Shown one piece after another: positions 12,739 to 22,403 of a DNA stretch of 64,000 bases. How positions within the stretch are numbered: the first letter of the stretch is position 1; every line of letters starts with the position of its first letter. Origin of the DNA: Planctomycetota bacterium (GTDB taxonomy: Bacteria > Planctomycetota > GCA-002687715 > CAIWVZ01); NCBI GenBank assembly GCA_044222185.1, contig JBGANV010000002.1, positions 32,001-96,000 of the forward strand, read 5' to 3'. A program made the translations under genes and the position numbers. The notes beneath the pieces were generated by a model. It searched no databases and was not told the DNA's origin. It was given only the letters and a program-made list of their open reading frames with translations.

Positions 12739-13842
12739 GTGACTTCAGCACAAGAACCACCGACCGAACCGCCCTCCGCCAATCCGCCCGCCAGCGCAGG
12801 GGATGGTCCGCGCCGACGACGCCCCCGCTACGGCGGGACGCATCCGCGTCGTTTCGACGAGAAGTACAAGGAACTTGACCCCGCCCGGTATCCGGCGGAG
12901 ATCGAGAAGGTGCGGGCGCGCGGCCACACCCCGGCGGGCTCTCACGTTCCGGTCATGCTGAACGAAGTGGTCGATGCCCTGCAGCCACGGCCCAATGAGA
13001 TCGCGCTCGACTGCACTCTCGGACACGGCGGCCACGCGGCGGCGCTCGCCGCCCGCGTGGCCCCCGATGGGTTCGTGATCGGGCTCGACTGGGACTCGGA
13101 CGAGCTGGCACGGACCCGTGCGGATCTCGAAGGCCGCGGACTCGCGGTGCGGGCGCGGCGATCGAACTTCGCGGGCGCGGCCGCCGTTCTCGAAGCCGAG
13201 GGTCTCACTGCCGTCGACCTGGTCCTCGCCGACCTGGGCGTATCTTCCATGCAGCTCGACCGACCGGATCGCGGGTTCTCGCTCAAGCACGACGGCCCCC
13301 TCGACATGCGCATGGACCGGTCGCGAGGTCAACCCGCTTCGGGATGGCTCGCATCCGCCACCGTCGAAGAAATCGCGGGGGTTCTCGATCGCTTCGGCGA
13401 CGAACCCGATTCCGATCGCATCGCGCAGGCGATCACCGCACGGTTCGCTGAACGCAAGCCGCTTCGCTCGACACGCGATCTGGTCGAGGTCGTGCTGCGG
13501 GCCAAGCGCATCGATCCACGGACCTTCAAACAGGAGTCGGCGTTCACGTCGCACCCGGCCGCGCGGACGTTCCAGGCCCTTCGCATGGCGACGAACCGCG
13601 AGATCGAGAACCTCGCGCAGCTGCTCCGCACGCTGCCGTGGATCACGAAGAGCGGTGGGCGCATCGCCATCATCTCGTTCCACCGCGGCGAGGATCGCAT
13701 GGTGAGCGACGCATTCGCGCGCGGCCTCGCGGAGGGGACGTATTCCGCCATCTCGGCGGACCCGGTGCTTCCCGCCAGGACCGAAGTCCACGACAACCCG
13801 CGTGCGCGATCGGCCCGATTGCGCTGGGCGGTGCGCGCGTGA
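12739..13842 (+). CDS. rsmH: 16S rRNA m4C1402 methyltransferase RsmH/MraW, variant with N-terminal extension
   Basis: HVPVM, DCTLGHGGHA, DLGVSSMQLD, GPLDMRM, RTFQALR, IISFH, NPRARSARLR; GTG start at 12739 chosen, uncertain. Confidence 0.88.
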   Translation: MTSAQEPPTEPPSANPPASAGDGPRRRRPRYGGTHPRRFDEKYKELDPARYPAEIEKVRARGHTPAGSHVPVMLNEVVDALQPRPNEIALDCTLGHGGHAAALAARVAPDGFVIGLDWDSDELARTRADLEGRGLAVRARRSNFAGAAAVLEAEGLTAVDLVLADLGVSSMQLDRPDRGFSLKHDGPLDMRMDRSRGQPASGWLASATVEEIAGVLDRFGDEPDSDRIAQAITARFAERKPLRSTRDLVEVVLRAKRIDPRTFKQESAFTSHPAARTFQALRMATNREIENLAQLLRTLPWITKSGGRIAIISFHRGEDRMVSDAFARGLAEGTYSAISADPVLPARTEVHDNPRARSARLRWAVRA

Positions 13843-15272
13843 CCGAGACCGCCGTACACCCCCTCCGGCGTGAGGCCCGGCTGACGCTCCGCCTCGCCGC
13901 CCCCATCGCCGCCGCCCAGATCGGACAGGTGCTGATGGGCATCGTCGATACGGCCGTGGTCGGGCACGCGGGCGAACGCCAGCTCGCAGGCGTGAGCTGC
14001 GGCAACGGCATCGCCGGTGTCGTGTCGCTCTTCGCACTGGGGCTCGCCCTGGGGCTCGACCCGGTCGCGACTCAGCGCGTCGGCGCGGGAGATCACCGCG
14101 GAGCCTGGCGCGCGTTGATGGACACCCTGCGCCTCTCGGTGGTGGCCATTCCGCTCCTGGCCGGATTGAACTGGCTGCTGACGAGCCTCGTCACGACTCC
14201 CAATCTCGGGCCGTCGTTCTTTCCGCGCTGGTTCCCCATGGATCGTGACGTCGCGGAGACGGCCCAGTCGTTCGCATGGGTTCGCATGCCGGGAGCACTC
14301 GCGTTCATGATGTACGGGGCCTACCGCGCGTGGTTCTACGCGAACCACTCCACACGGCCGCTCATCCTGGCGATCGCGTTCGCGAACGTCATCAACTTCG
14401 TGCTCGACTACGTCTTCGTGTTCGGCGATGCGGGGCTCGCGAGAATCGGCCTGCCCTCGTTGGGGATCCCGGCCCTCGGCGCCGTGGGAGCGGGAATCGT
14501 CACGAGCACCGTGAGCCTCCTGATCGTCGCGATGCTGGCGCCGTTGGCGGCTCGCAAGCGACGCGCCCAGCTCGGCAGCCACGCGCCAGCAGCCGGGGAC
14601 GTGCCGTCCGAGTCACGCGCGGTCGGCATGCTTCGCATCGCGCGTCTCGGCCTGCCGACCGCGGCCACCATCTTCCTCGAGGCGGGGATCTTCTACCTGA
14701 TCGGCTGGCGAATGGGCGTCTTCGGAACGACGGCGCAAGCGGCCCAGCAGATCGCTCTCCAGGTCGTCAGCGCGACGTTCATCGTCGCCATGTCGGTCGG
14801 CGTCGCCGCCACGGTTCGCGTGGGGCATGCGATCGGAGCCGGTGACACGCCAGGCGCGCGCCTCGCCGGGTTCACGGCATTCCTCATGTCGTTCGGATGG
14901 ATGGGCTGCTGCGGCGTCGTTCTTCTCCTGGCACCCGAGGCGGTGGCCGCGCTCTTCAACGATGACCCCGCGCTGATCGCGGCCACGGCACCCCTCCTGC
15001 GGATCGGCGGCCTGTTCCAGATCTTCGACGGGCTGCAAGCGACCGCGTGCGGCGCACTTCGCGGCGTCGGCGACACGCGGATGCCACTCCTCGCGAATCT
15101 GGGCGGATACTGGGTCGTCGGCCTGCCTTTGGCTGAGTGGCTCGCGTTCCGGCGGAACTTCGGGGCGAACGGGTTGTGGTACGGGCTGACGTTCGCGCTC
15201 GCGATCGTCGCCGTCCTTTTGGTGTGGCGGTTCGCGCGTATCACTCGACGCACGATTCAGCGCGTCGGGTAG
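13839..15272 (+). CDS. MATE-family multidrug efflux transporter
   Basis: GTG 13839 overlaps rsmH stop; about 12 hydrophobic segments; MGIVDTAVVG, RVGHAIGAG, FDGLQ, ALRGVGDT. Confidence 0.92.
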   Translation: MTETAVHPLRREARLTLRLAAPIAAAQIGQVLMGIVDTAVVGHAGERQLAGVSCGNGIAGVVSLFALGLALGLDPVATQRVGAGDHRGAWRALMDTLRLSVVAIPLLAGLNWLLTSLVTTPNLGPSFFPRWFPMDRDVAETAQSFAWVRMPGALAFMMYGAYRAWFYANHSTRPLILAIAFANVINFVLDYVFVFGDAGLARIGLPSLGIPALGAVGAGIVTSTVSLLIVAMLAPLAARKRRAQLGSHAPAAGDVPSESRAVGMLRIARLGLPTAATIFLEAGIFYLIGWRMGVFGTTAQAAQQIALQVVSATFIVAMSVGVAATVRVGHAIGAGDTPGARLAGFTAFLMSFGWMGCCGVVLLLAPEAVAALFNDDPALIAATAPLLRIGGLFQIFDGLQATACGALRGVGDTRMPLLANLGGYWVVGLPLAEWLAFRRNFGANGLWYGLTFALAIVAVLLVWRFARITRRTIQRVG

Positions 15273-15323
15273 CCGTCGGCACGTGGCCGCCATCGCCCGC
15301 GCGCGGCATCGAAGGAGTGACCC

Positions 15324-15674
15324 ATGGCCGCCAAGATCAGCTGGGCATATCACCGCAAGGGTTGAACGAGTTGCACCCGCGCCGACGCGTATTTCGCGAA
15401 GCGCGGGCTGACCGCCGGTACGGTGGTCGATGCCAAGAAGGAACGAATCGGCGAGAAGGCCGCGCTCGAAATCGCCCGCTCCATGCAGCGCGTGATCGCC
15501 GCGCGCGGAACGAAGATCGTCACGTTCGACATGAAGAAGGCCCCGCCGGCCGACACCGATCTACTCGCAGTGATCATGGGCAATTCAGGGAATCTCCGCG
15601 CACCCACGCTGAAGGTCGGCACGACGCTGCTCGTGGGGTTCAACGAAGAGGCATACGACGGGCTGTTGCGATGA
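15324..15674 (+). CDS. ArsC/Spx-like thioredoxin-fold selenoprotein (Sec at UGA 15363-15365, U-T-S-C motif), 116 aa
   Basis: RBS GAAGGAG 15311-15317; ATG 15324 reads MAAKISWAYHRKG-UGA-TSCTRADAYF in frame with ORF 15423-15674, which ends GNLRAPTLKVGTTLLVGFNEEAY (ArsC-like C-terminus). Confidence 0.85.
15376..15407 (+). promoter_or_regulatory. Candidate bacterial SECIS hairpin
   Basis: CCCGCGC-CGA-CGCG-TATTT-CGCG-AA-GCGCGGG stem-loop starting 11 nt after the UGA, apical loop about 24 nt from it. Confidence 0.6.
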
Positions 15675-16175
15675 GAGATCCGCCGCCGTCCGGAATGGGG
15701 CCTGGCGGCGGCGAATGCGCCGCTCGCACGGCGCGACCCGAACGGAATCGCGCACGGGTCTGCGCTGCCTGCTCGATTCCCGACCCTGCATCGGCGCTCG
15801 CCCCATGACGCACGGCCCGCGGGCGCTCGCCGCGTTCCAATCGCGGTAGCAGGGTGCAGGATGTCCGAGTGGACAGCCGACAGCCGGCTCGGGAGCCCCG
15901 AACCCGGCCTTCGAAGTCCACTCACCCCGCGTCGAAGTCGAATGGACCGCGAGGAGAACTCCCATTCGTTGTCATTCGAAGGGAACCACCCACACCGAGA
16001 AATGGGTGCGGAACGGTGCGTTCGCCGGTCCTTCGGCACAAGTAACCGGATGTTGCGATCGTCGGCGACACCATGAGCCGAGTCCGGGACATCGTTCCGT
16101 TTCTCCATCGCGGCCGATTCCCAGCTCCTGCGTGGCGTCGTCGCGAACTACGGCACGATCATCACGGAGGCCCTC

Positions 16176-16646
16176 ATGACACCGTCCAACAGGTCGATCT
16201 CATCCGAACGGAAAGCAACGTACTACGTGGGTATGGCGGTCGCCGCCGTTGGACTCGTTCTCGTCCTGACGACGTTCGTGAGCTTCGTCGACAGCGCCGG
16301 GAATCTCGCCAAGAACCCTCAAAGTCGCCCAGCGTCGGTGATCGTCCCAGCGTTGATAGGCGGAGTGCTTCTCGTCATCGGTCAGTTCGTGATGCGACTC
16401 GGAGCGCGCGGTCTGGCGGGATCTGGTGTAATCCTGGACCCATCGCGGGCGCGAAAAGACATCGAACCCTGGAGTCGAATGGGCGGCGGGATCGTTCGAG
16501 ACGCGCTCGCCGAGATCGACGTCGCAGGCAAGGTCGGGAATCCCTCGCAACCGCCCAAGGCTCAGGTCAAGGTTCGTTGCAAGCAATGCCAGGCGCTCAA
16601 CGACGAGACATCCAAGTTCTGCGGTCAATGCGCGGCGCCCACCTGA
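16176..16646 (+). CDS. Two-TM membrane protein with C-terminal zinc ribbon
   Basis: Two hydrophobic helices; CKQC...FCGQC at the C-terminus. Confidence 0.8.
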   Translation: MTPSNRSISSERKATYYVGMAVAAVGLVLVLTTFVSFVDSAGNLAKNPQSRPASVIVPALIGGVLLVIGQFVMRLGARGLAGSGVILDPSRARKDIEPWSRMGGGIVRDALAEIDVAGKVGNPSQPPKAQVKVRCKQCQALNDETSKFCGQCAAPT

Positions 16647-17395
16647 TGAACCCGCTCTGAAGGCCGACGTGGAAATCACTGCTCGCGCCCCATGATGCGC
16701 CGATCACGACGATCGACGCATGCCTCGGCCAGACGGGCGTTCGGACGCCGCACGGGGACGGGTCGCCGCGCGTCGAGAAAACGCGAAGGGCGGTCGCGAG
16801 CCTGCCGGCGGTTGGCGTCGCCAGCGATTCGACCCCGATGAGAGCGCAATACCAGGTGGATCTCCGTCGAGGGCGGCGCCGGGGTTTCATTTACGCGTAG
16901 ATCCAGCCTCCGCAGGTCGTCACATACCTCTGACCTGCCCCGGCACCGAGGATCGCGGTCTCGCAACCCGCAAAGCCGGCAATGATCTCCGGCTCGATGT
17001 CGCCGTTGGATCAGATCGTTTGGCGGTCCATGGCTTCACGTGGGTGGACGCGTTGAGTCTTCCGCCCACCCAAGACCGTTCGAGGTGTCTCAGCGGCATC
17101 GGTTGCTTCGCTCCGACGACAGTTGGTGAGACCGAGCAACGCTCCAACCGCTCCGATCCGCTCGCGGGTCGGGAAGTGCGGCGCCGACGTCAGGAGCGAT
17201 GCACGGAAGGCCGCTCCGTCGATCCGAGAATTCGTTGGAACTCGCCGTCGGTCCCATCTCCCAGCCCGCAAGGAACTGGCAATTCGCAAGACCGTCAGCG
17301 ACTCCGCGCTCTGGTGAGCCTCCGGGATTCTCGATCCGGGGGCGGGCCCGCGAGGGGCAAGGCAAGAACCGAACGGACGGCCTGCTGATTTGGAA

Positions 17396-19672
17396 TCACC
17401 CTTCCGGCAGGTCGATCGTCGACGTCCACGTCTTGACCTCCGGGACCGCCGCAAGTTCCTCGTCATCCAGAACCATCACGCCGGGCAATTGGCCCGAGAT
17501 GATGGTTTGGATCTGGCGGCGCATCGATTCGTCGCGCACCAGGATGACCGGCATCCCGGCCGCGTGCTGATGACGTGGCATGTCCTTCGGTGACGCCGAC
17601 GTGGCGATGTAGGTCCCCAGGTGATTACACGGCTTGATGAACGCCCGGATGGCGTCGCGGACCAATGCGTTGTGGCCCCCACCGAGGCGGTTCAGGAGCG
17701 TGTGCTCGAGGCGGTACGCGTTCAGCGCGCCCGTCGGACCGACGTATCGCGAGAGCATGACGGGGAGCAGCTCACGTCGCACGATGGAGTAGGTCTTCTC
17801 GGCATCGCGCGCTTCGCGATTGGCGCCCTCGCGGCGGAACCTGGCGCGCAGGAACGCCTCGAGAATGCGCCCGCGATTGGCTTCCGTGAGAAAGATCTGG
17901 TCCCGCAGGCACATGCGAAGAACCTCGGTCGCCTCCGCCACGCCGGCAGCCTGCGCCGACGCCAGTGCGTCGAGCAACGCCCGGCCGAATTCCGGGAAGT
18001 CCGCTGCGGCGCGCCGCAGGAAGCCGTAGGCCTGCTCCGAATCCAACAGGTCGGCCGCACGCAGCGTCAGCGCGGATTCCAGATGGTCCAGGAGCACCTG
18101 GACCGGTGAGCGCACGAAACTCCCAGCAGGGTGCCCGCCGATCGGGTATGCCGCGGCCTCTCCCCAGGTCCCCGGTAGGGGCGCCGTCTCGGCAATCGCA
18201 TCGGCGAGCAAGGCGGCCGGGTCAGGGATTCGAGCAGCGAGGGAGCGATCCAACCGGATCGATCCGCGCGAGATGACGCCTCCGTTCAGCTCGATCACGT
18301 AGCTCGATCGTCCGGCCACCTGCGGAAACGCACGCTTCTCGATCCCGATCCGCTGGACCGGGAACCCGAGTTTTTCGCGCAAGTCCCGCCAGAGCACGGC
18401 GACCTGAAGCTCCGGACCGGCGATGTCAGGCCCATAGAACTGCAGGATCGTCTCTGGGAATTCGATCTTGTCGGGCGTGAGATCCCGGAACGCTCCGACG
18501 AGCATCAGGTGCAGCTCTGGTGGGACGACGAGCTTGATCGGCGTCGGCGCCGATTGCGGCTTGCGCGGCGTCGTGGCCGCAGCCTTCCCGACGGCCCCCG
18601 CCGGAGCTTCCGCGGTGGCGACCTGCCGACGCAGGGTGCGGAATCGATGAACGGAGAACCCGATGGCCATGGCTCCGAGAGCGGCGAACGGCACTGGGGG
18701 GAATCCCGTCACGGAGCTCGTGAGCGCGACCATCGTGAGAACGATTCCGACGAACATGACGGCGATGGGCTGATCGATGATCTGCCGCTTGATGTCGAAG
18801 GCTGCATTGCTGCTCGCGTCCTCGGTGGCGCGGACGCGCGTGACGAGCGCCGCAGCCGAGGCGGAGATGAGCAACGAGGGAACCTGGCTGACGAGCCCAT
18901 CGCCGATCGTGAGCAGCGTGTATTGGCGTGCCGCCTGGCCGATCGAGAGGCCCCCCTCGGAGACCCCGATCACGAGGCCTCCGATCACGTTCACCGCCGC
19001 GATGACGATTCCTGCGATCGCGTCGCCCTTGATGAACTTCATGGCACCTTCGAGGGCTCCGAAGAGACGGGCTTCCGCGCTGAGTTCGAAGCGGCGCGAC
19101 TTGGCTTCCGCTTCGGCCTTCTTGTCGGATGCACTCCGGGCCGTTTGAAGATCGGCTTCGATCGCCTGCTGCTTGAATGGCATGCCATCGAGGAAGAACC
19201 GGGCGGACGCGTCGGACGCGCGCTCGGCACCCTTCGAGATCACGATGAACTGGATCACGAGGAGCACGAGGAAGACGACCGTGCCCACGATGAAGTTGCC
19301 GCCGACGACGAACTCGCCGAACGTGGCGATGATCTCGCCGGCCCTGCCCTCGCCGAGGATCAACCGGGTCGTGGCGACGTTCAGGCCCAGGCGGAGCAGG
19401 GTCGTAAGCAGCACGAGTGTCGGGAGCGACGAGAACCGCGCCGCCTCGGACACCTGCGTCGCGACGACGAGGATCGTCAGCGACGCCGCCAGGTTGACCG
19501 CGATCAGGTAATCGATCATGCCGACCGGGATCGGCAGGACGAGCGCGATCAGGATGATCAGGACGAGGATCGGGAGCGCGGCCTCGCTTCCGAGCGCGAG
19601 GAACCGATCCACGGACTTGCGGAGACTCCCCTTCGCGCCCGGGGTGCTTGCCACTGAGACGGATCGAGACAT
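17396..19672 (-). CDS. sctV: T3SS export gate protein SctV (FlhA/LcrD FHIPEP family), divergent C-terminal domain
   Basis: Start ATG 19672; LLRLGLNVATTRLIL, FGEFVVGGN, QFIVISKGAER, LDGMPFKQ, GAMKFIKGDAIAG, LTIGDGLVSQVP; GAMKF is injectisome-type (FlhA usually GASKF). Confidence 0.9.
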   Translation of the reverse strand: MSRSVSVASTPGAKGSLRKSVDRFLALGSEAALPILVLIILIALVLPIPVGMIDYLIAVNLAASLTILVVATQVSEAARFSSLPTLVLLTTLLRLGLNVATTRLILGEGRAGEIIATFGEFVVGGNFIVGTVVFLVLLVIQFIVISKGAERASDASARFFLDGMPFKQQAIEADLQTARSASDKKAEAEAKSRRFELSAEARLFGALEGAMKFIKGDAIAGIVIAAVNVIGGLVIGVSEGGLSIGQAARQYTLLTIGDGLVSQVPSLLISASAAALVTRVRATEDASSNAAFDIKRQIIDQPIAVMFVGIVLTMVALTSSVTGFPPVPFAALGAMAIGFSVHRFRTLRRQVATAEAPAGAVGKAAATTPRKPQSAPTPIKLVVPPELHLMLVGAFRDLTPDKIEFPETILQFYGPDIAGPELQVAVLWRDLREKLGFPVQRIGIEKRAFPQVAGRSSYVIELNGGVISRGSIRLDRSLAARIPDPAALLADAIAETAPLPGTWGEAAAYPIGGHPAGSFVRSPVQVLLDHLESALTLRAADLLDSEQAYGFLRRAAADFPEFGRALLDALASAQAAGVAEATEVLRMCLRDQIFLTEANRGRILEAFLRARFRREGANREARDAEKTYSIVRRELLPVMLSRYVGPTGALNAYRLEHTLLNRLGGGHNALVRDAIRAFIKPCNHLGTYIATSASPKDMPRHQHAAGMPVILVRDESMRRQIQTIISGQLPGVMVLDDEELAAVPEVKTWTSTIDLPEG

Positions 19673-19739
19673 GGATGAACCCCCCGCGCCCGTTCGTGGA
19701 CCCGATGCGGACCCGGAGCCCAAGCGCGACTCGAGACGT

Positions 19740-19766
19740 TGATCGCGTTCGGGCTCGCCGTGTTGC
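19740..19766 (-). promoter_or_regulatory. Island promoter motif GCAAC-N16-CGATCA upstream of sctV
   Basis: + strand TGATCG 19740-19745, GTTGC 19762-19766. Confidence 0.75.
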
Positions 19767-19770
19767 ACGT

Positions 19771-19797
19771 GCAACGCCTCCGAGCCGACGACGATGA
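19771..19797 (+). promoter_or_regulatory. Island promoter motif GCAAC-N16-CGATGA upstream of the FHA/coiled-coil gene
   Basis: Back-to-back with the sctV site across the palindrome GTTGCACGTGCAAC. Confidence 0.7.
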
Positions 19798-19857
19798 AGG
19801 GATGAGGCCCCGTCCCGGCCGGCGCGAACCATGCGCCGACGCCGACGGGAATACACC

Positions 19858-21408
19858 ATGGATCATTCCGACGCAGAAACGTGCCCGCCGTCACCGACGG
19901 TCGACTCGGGCGCCCCTCCTGGTCCTCTGTCCGCGCCAACACAACTGGCTCTGGATCAGTGCGCGAAAGCGACGCGGGGAGCCGTCCTCGTTCAAACGGA
20001 AGGGGCGAACCGGGGTCGCCGGATCGCTCTGACTCCGGGCGAGCACACGATCGGGCGGGCCACGTGCCATTCGATTCCGGTGGACCCAAATGTCGATCGC
20101 GCAGTGTCGTCCCGCCACGCTCGCCTCCTTTCGAGCGGCGATGCCTGGTGGATCGAAGACCTGGGATCCACGAACGGAACGCTGGTCGACGGAGTGCCGC
20201 TTCAGGGTGGCGCACACACCTTGCACCCCGGTGCGCGAATCGAGGTCGGCCGCTCGGTGGGAGGCGACGTCGCTGGCACCGTGGCGTTCACCTTCGAATT
20301 GGAAGGCGAAGTCGCCCAGGACGGGTTCCGTGCGGTGGACGCGCATCATTCCGCATCCGGTTCGGCGTCGGCACCGTACGCAGACGTGGGCATGGGTGTC
20401 GACGTTCCGCCGCCCCCCGCCATGGGCGTCGCGCCGTCGCCGCGACGGCCACGGTTCGCCGATCTCCGTCACGCCGTCGAAAAAGGCCTCGGCCGGATCG
20501 TCTCACTGCCGGCTCGCATCCGCATCGAGGGTCAGATTCGCGATGCGCGGGAGCGGCTGGCCCAATTGGCGCCTCAGGCTCAACCAGCCCTCGGGGCGCT
20601 GGGAGCAGCGCTTGCAATCGAGGCTCCGGACGCGGTGCGACGAACGCCCCAGGCCGGGGAGCTCCAGCGATGCTGCGACGAGGCCGCGACTCGGCGCGTC
20701 GCCCAGGATCAGCTCACCCGCGATCGCGCGGAAATCGCCGAGAAACATGCAGAGGAAATGGCGGGCCATGAGCTCGCGATCAACGAGGCGGAGGCCGTCG
20801 CCGAGGTCGCGCGACGCGCGTTCGCTGCGGCACGCACCGAAGCGTCGCGGGATGAACAGGCGGTGCGGACGTACCTCCGCGAAGTGCAGCCAGCGTTCGA
20901 CGCCGCCGCGGCTGGACTCCGGGAAGCGGCCGCGGTGGCCGGAGGCGCTCCGATCCCCGACGACCTCAACCAACGCCTGGCGGCGTTGAATGCTCACCTG
21001 TCGGTCTGCGAGCCCGCCGCGCGGCGACTCGGCGAGGCTCTGGTCGTGCCGGAGGCCGCAAGACTCGCTTCGCGCCGTACGGCCGACACGGCCGCCGCGG
21101 CGCTGCACGGCGCGGAACAACGTGTGCGCGAACGACGCGACCTCGCATCCGCGACGCGCGCGAGGCATGACGCCAGCATCCAGGCGTTGGAGACTCGCGA
21201 GACGGCGGCACGTCAGGCCCTCGACGCGATGGCGTCGCGGACAGCTGAGGTCCACGCCGAGCTCGGCCGCACCGTGTTCCGCCAACGCATCGCCGCGGCG
21301 CTCGGACTTCCGGCCTTCGAGGGTGCCAGAGCCGCGCATGCCGCTCTCGTCGAGCAGGAAGATCTGATCGACAAACTCACGGCCGAGCTCCGGGCACATG
21401 GGGGGTGA
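19858..21408 (+). CDS. FHA-domain protein with long alanine-rich coiled-coil C-terminus
   Basis: FHA motifs IGR...VSSRHARL...DLGSTNGT; heptad-like A/E/R-rich tail; no TM; start ATG 19858. Confidence 0.85.
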   Translation: MDHSDAETCPPSPTVDSGAPPGPLSAPTQLALDQCAKATRGAVLVQTEGANRGRRIALTPGEHTIGRATCHSIPVDPNVDRAVSSRHARLLSSGDAWWIEDLGSTNGTLVDGVPLQGGAHTLHPGARIEVGRSVGGDVAGTVAFTFELEGEVAQDGFRAVDAHHSASGSASAPYADVGMGVDVPPPPAMGVAPSPRRPRFADLRHAVEKGLGRIVSLPARIRIEGQIRDARERLAQLAPQAQPALGALGAALAIEAPDAVRRTPQAGELQRCCDEAATRRVAQDQLTRDRAEIAEKHAEEMAGHELAINEAEAVAEVARRAFAAARTEASRDEQAVRTYLREVQPAFDAAAAGLREAAAVAGGAPIPDDLNQRLAALNAHLSVCEPAARRLGEALVVPEAARLASRRTADTAAAALHGAEQRVRERRDLASATRARHDASIQALETRETAARQALDAMASRTAEVHAELGRTVFRQRIAAALGLPAFEGARAAHAALVEQEDLIDKLTAELRAHGG

Positions 21409-21479
21409 GATACCCGGGTGCTGATGCGCGCGACTGCCGGGCCACCGATCGGCACAGAGGAATTCGGGGCAGGGTCGAT

Positions 21480-21506
21480 GCAACGGACGTTCGCGGAGAT
21501 CGCTTT
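21480..21506 (+). promoter_or_regulatory. Weak island motif variant GCAAC-N16-CGCTTT upstream of the CsgG-like lipoprotein
   Basis: Correct spacing and position, degenerate downstream box. Confidence 0.35.
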
Positions 21507-21583
21507 GTGAATCAGAACGAAACCGTCCGCCACGCATACGGAGCGGTCGGTTGCTGAACCTCACTTCCATTTGGAGTAATTCG

Positions 21584-22195
21584 ATGAAGACCGGTCTCCT
21601 GGTGCGATTGACGGTGGCGGCGCTTGCGGTTCTTGGCACGCAGATCGTCGGTGGCTGCGTCTCGACGGAATACACTCAGACGCAGCAGGACGCGAGCACG
21701 GCAACGCCGATCGCCGGCGTTCAGGGTGTCGCAGTCATCGTCGAGTCGACGCCGTACAGCAACCAATTTGGACAAATAGCGCAAACCGAAGTCGAGGCCG
21801 CAATGAAGTCTCGTGGGTTCCGCGTGATGAACCAGAAGGCCATCAAGGACGCACTCGAGCACTTCAAGCTCCAGGAATCGGATCTCACGACGACGACCGG
21901 CCGAGCCCAGATCGGGGAGTTCATGAACGTCCAGGCCTTCGTCTACGTCGCGGTCACGGAGGCCTCGAACTTCCAGGAAACCGGTACCTGGCCCTTCCGT
22001 ATCGACCCGCCGATCCCGTCGGTAAGCGCATCGATTTCGATCAAGCTCACGAGCCAGGGGCAGGTCGAGAACCTCTGGGTCGACACGATCCGGAAGAAGT
22101 CTCAGGGCTCCGACCTCTCACGCCACGTCCAGATCACTGCCGATCAGCTGATGCGCGAGCGCTTCCCGTACCGCGCCGGCCCCGCCGCGGGCTGA
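21584..22195 (+). CDS. Lipoprotein with CsgG/LpoB/TolB_N-like fold
   Basis: RBS GGAG; signal ending IVGGC; GFRVMNQKAIKDALEHFKLQESDL...AQIGEFMNVQAFVYVAV matches the CsgG-family pattern by eye. Confidence 0.6.
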   Translation: MKTGLLVRLTVAALAVLGTQIVGGCVSTEYTQTQQDASTATPIAGVQGVAVIVESTPYSNQFGQIAQTEVEAAMKSRGFRVMNQKAIKDALEHFKLQESDLTTTTGRAQIGEFMNVQAFVYVAVTEASNFQETGTWPFRIDPPIPSVSASISIKLTSQGQVENLWVDTIRKKSQGSDLSRHVQITADQLMRERFPYRAGPAAG

Positions 22196-22305
22196 GATCA
22201 GGCGGGAACAGATCGCGCAACGATCGTCCCAATCGACGCCGAAACAGGCCCACCCTCGATGTGATCGACGGTGGGCCTCGTCATCTCCGCGACGTGCTAC
22301 CGCCC

Positions 22306-22332
22306 GCAACGCCCCACCGCCCCGAACGATCA
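22306..22332 (+). promoter_or_regulatory. Island promoter motif GCAAC-N16-CGATCA
   Basis: Intergenic, about 70 nt upstream of ATG 22404. Confidence 0.75.
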
Positions 22333-22403
22333 ATCAGCATGCACCGGGAACGACCCGGGCGAGGCGGCGCCAATCGTGGATGCCGCGAGTCGAGGAGATC
22401 GCC

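Noticed and set aside
15675-16175. Small hairpins and short ORFs between the selenoprotein and zinc-ribbon genes
   Set aside because: Short GC stems are expected by chance; no recognisable RNA family or RBS-supported ORF
16647-17395. Possible gene, ncRNA or attachment site at the left island boundary
   Set aside because: ORFs here have no credible composition or motifs; no tRNA, clear direct repeat or correctly spaced island motif found by eye; an Rfam scan would be needed
19673-20215. N-terminal extensions in the ORF track for sctV (also nei, sctN, the 25070 kinase ORF, the 54397 sigma ORF and the 36415 ORF)
   Set aside because: Extensions overlap neighbouring genes or promoter motifs and are low-complexity; downstream starts match the family N-termini
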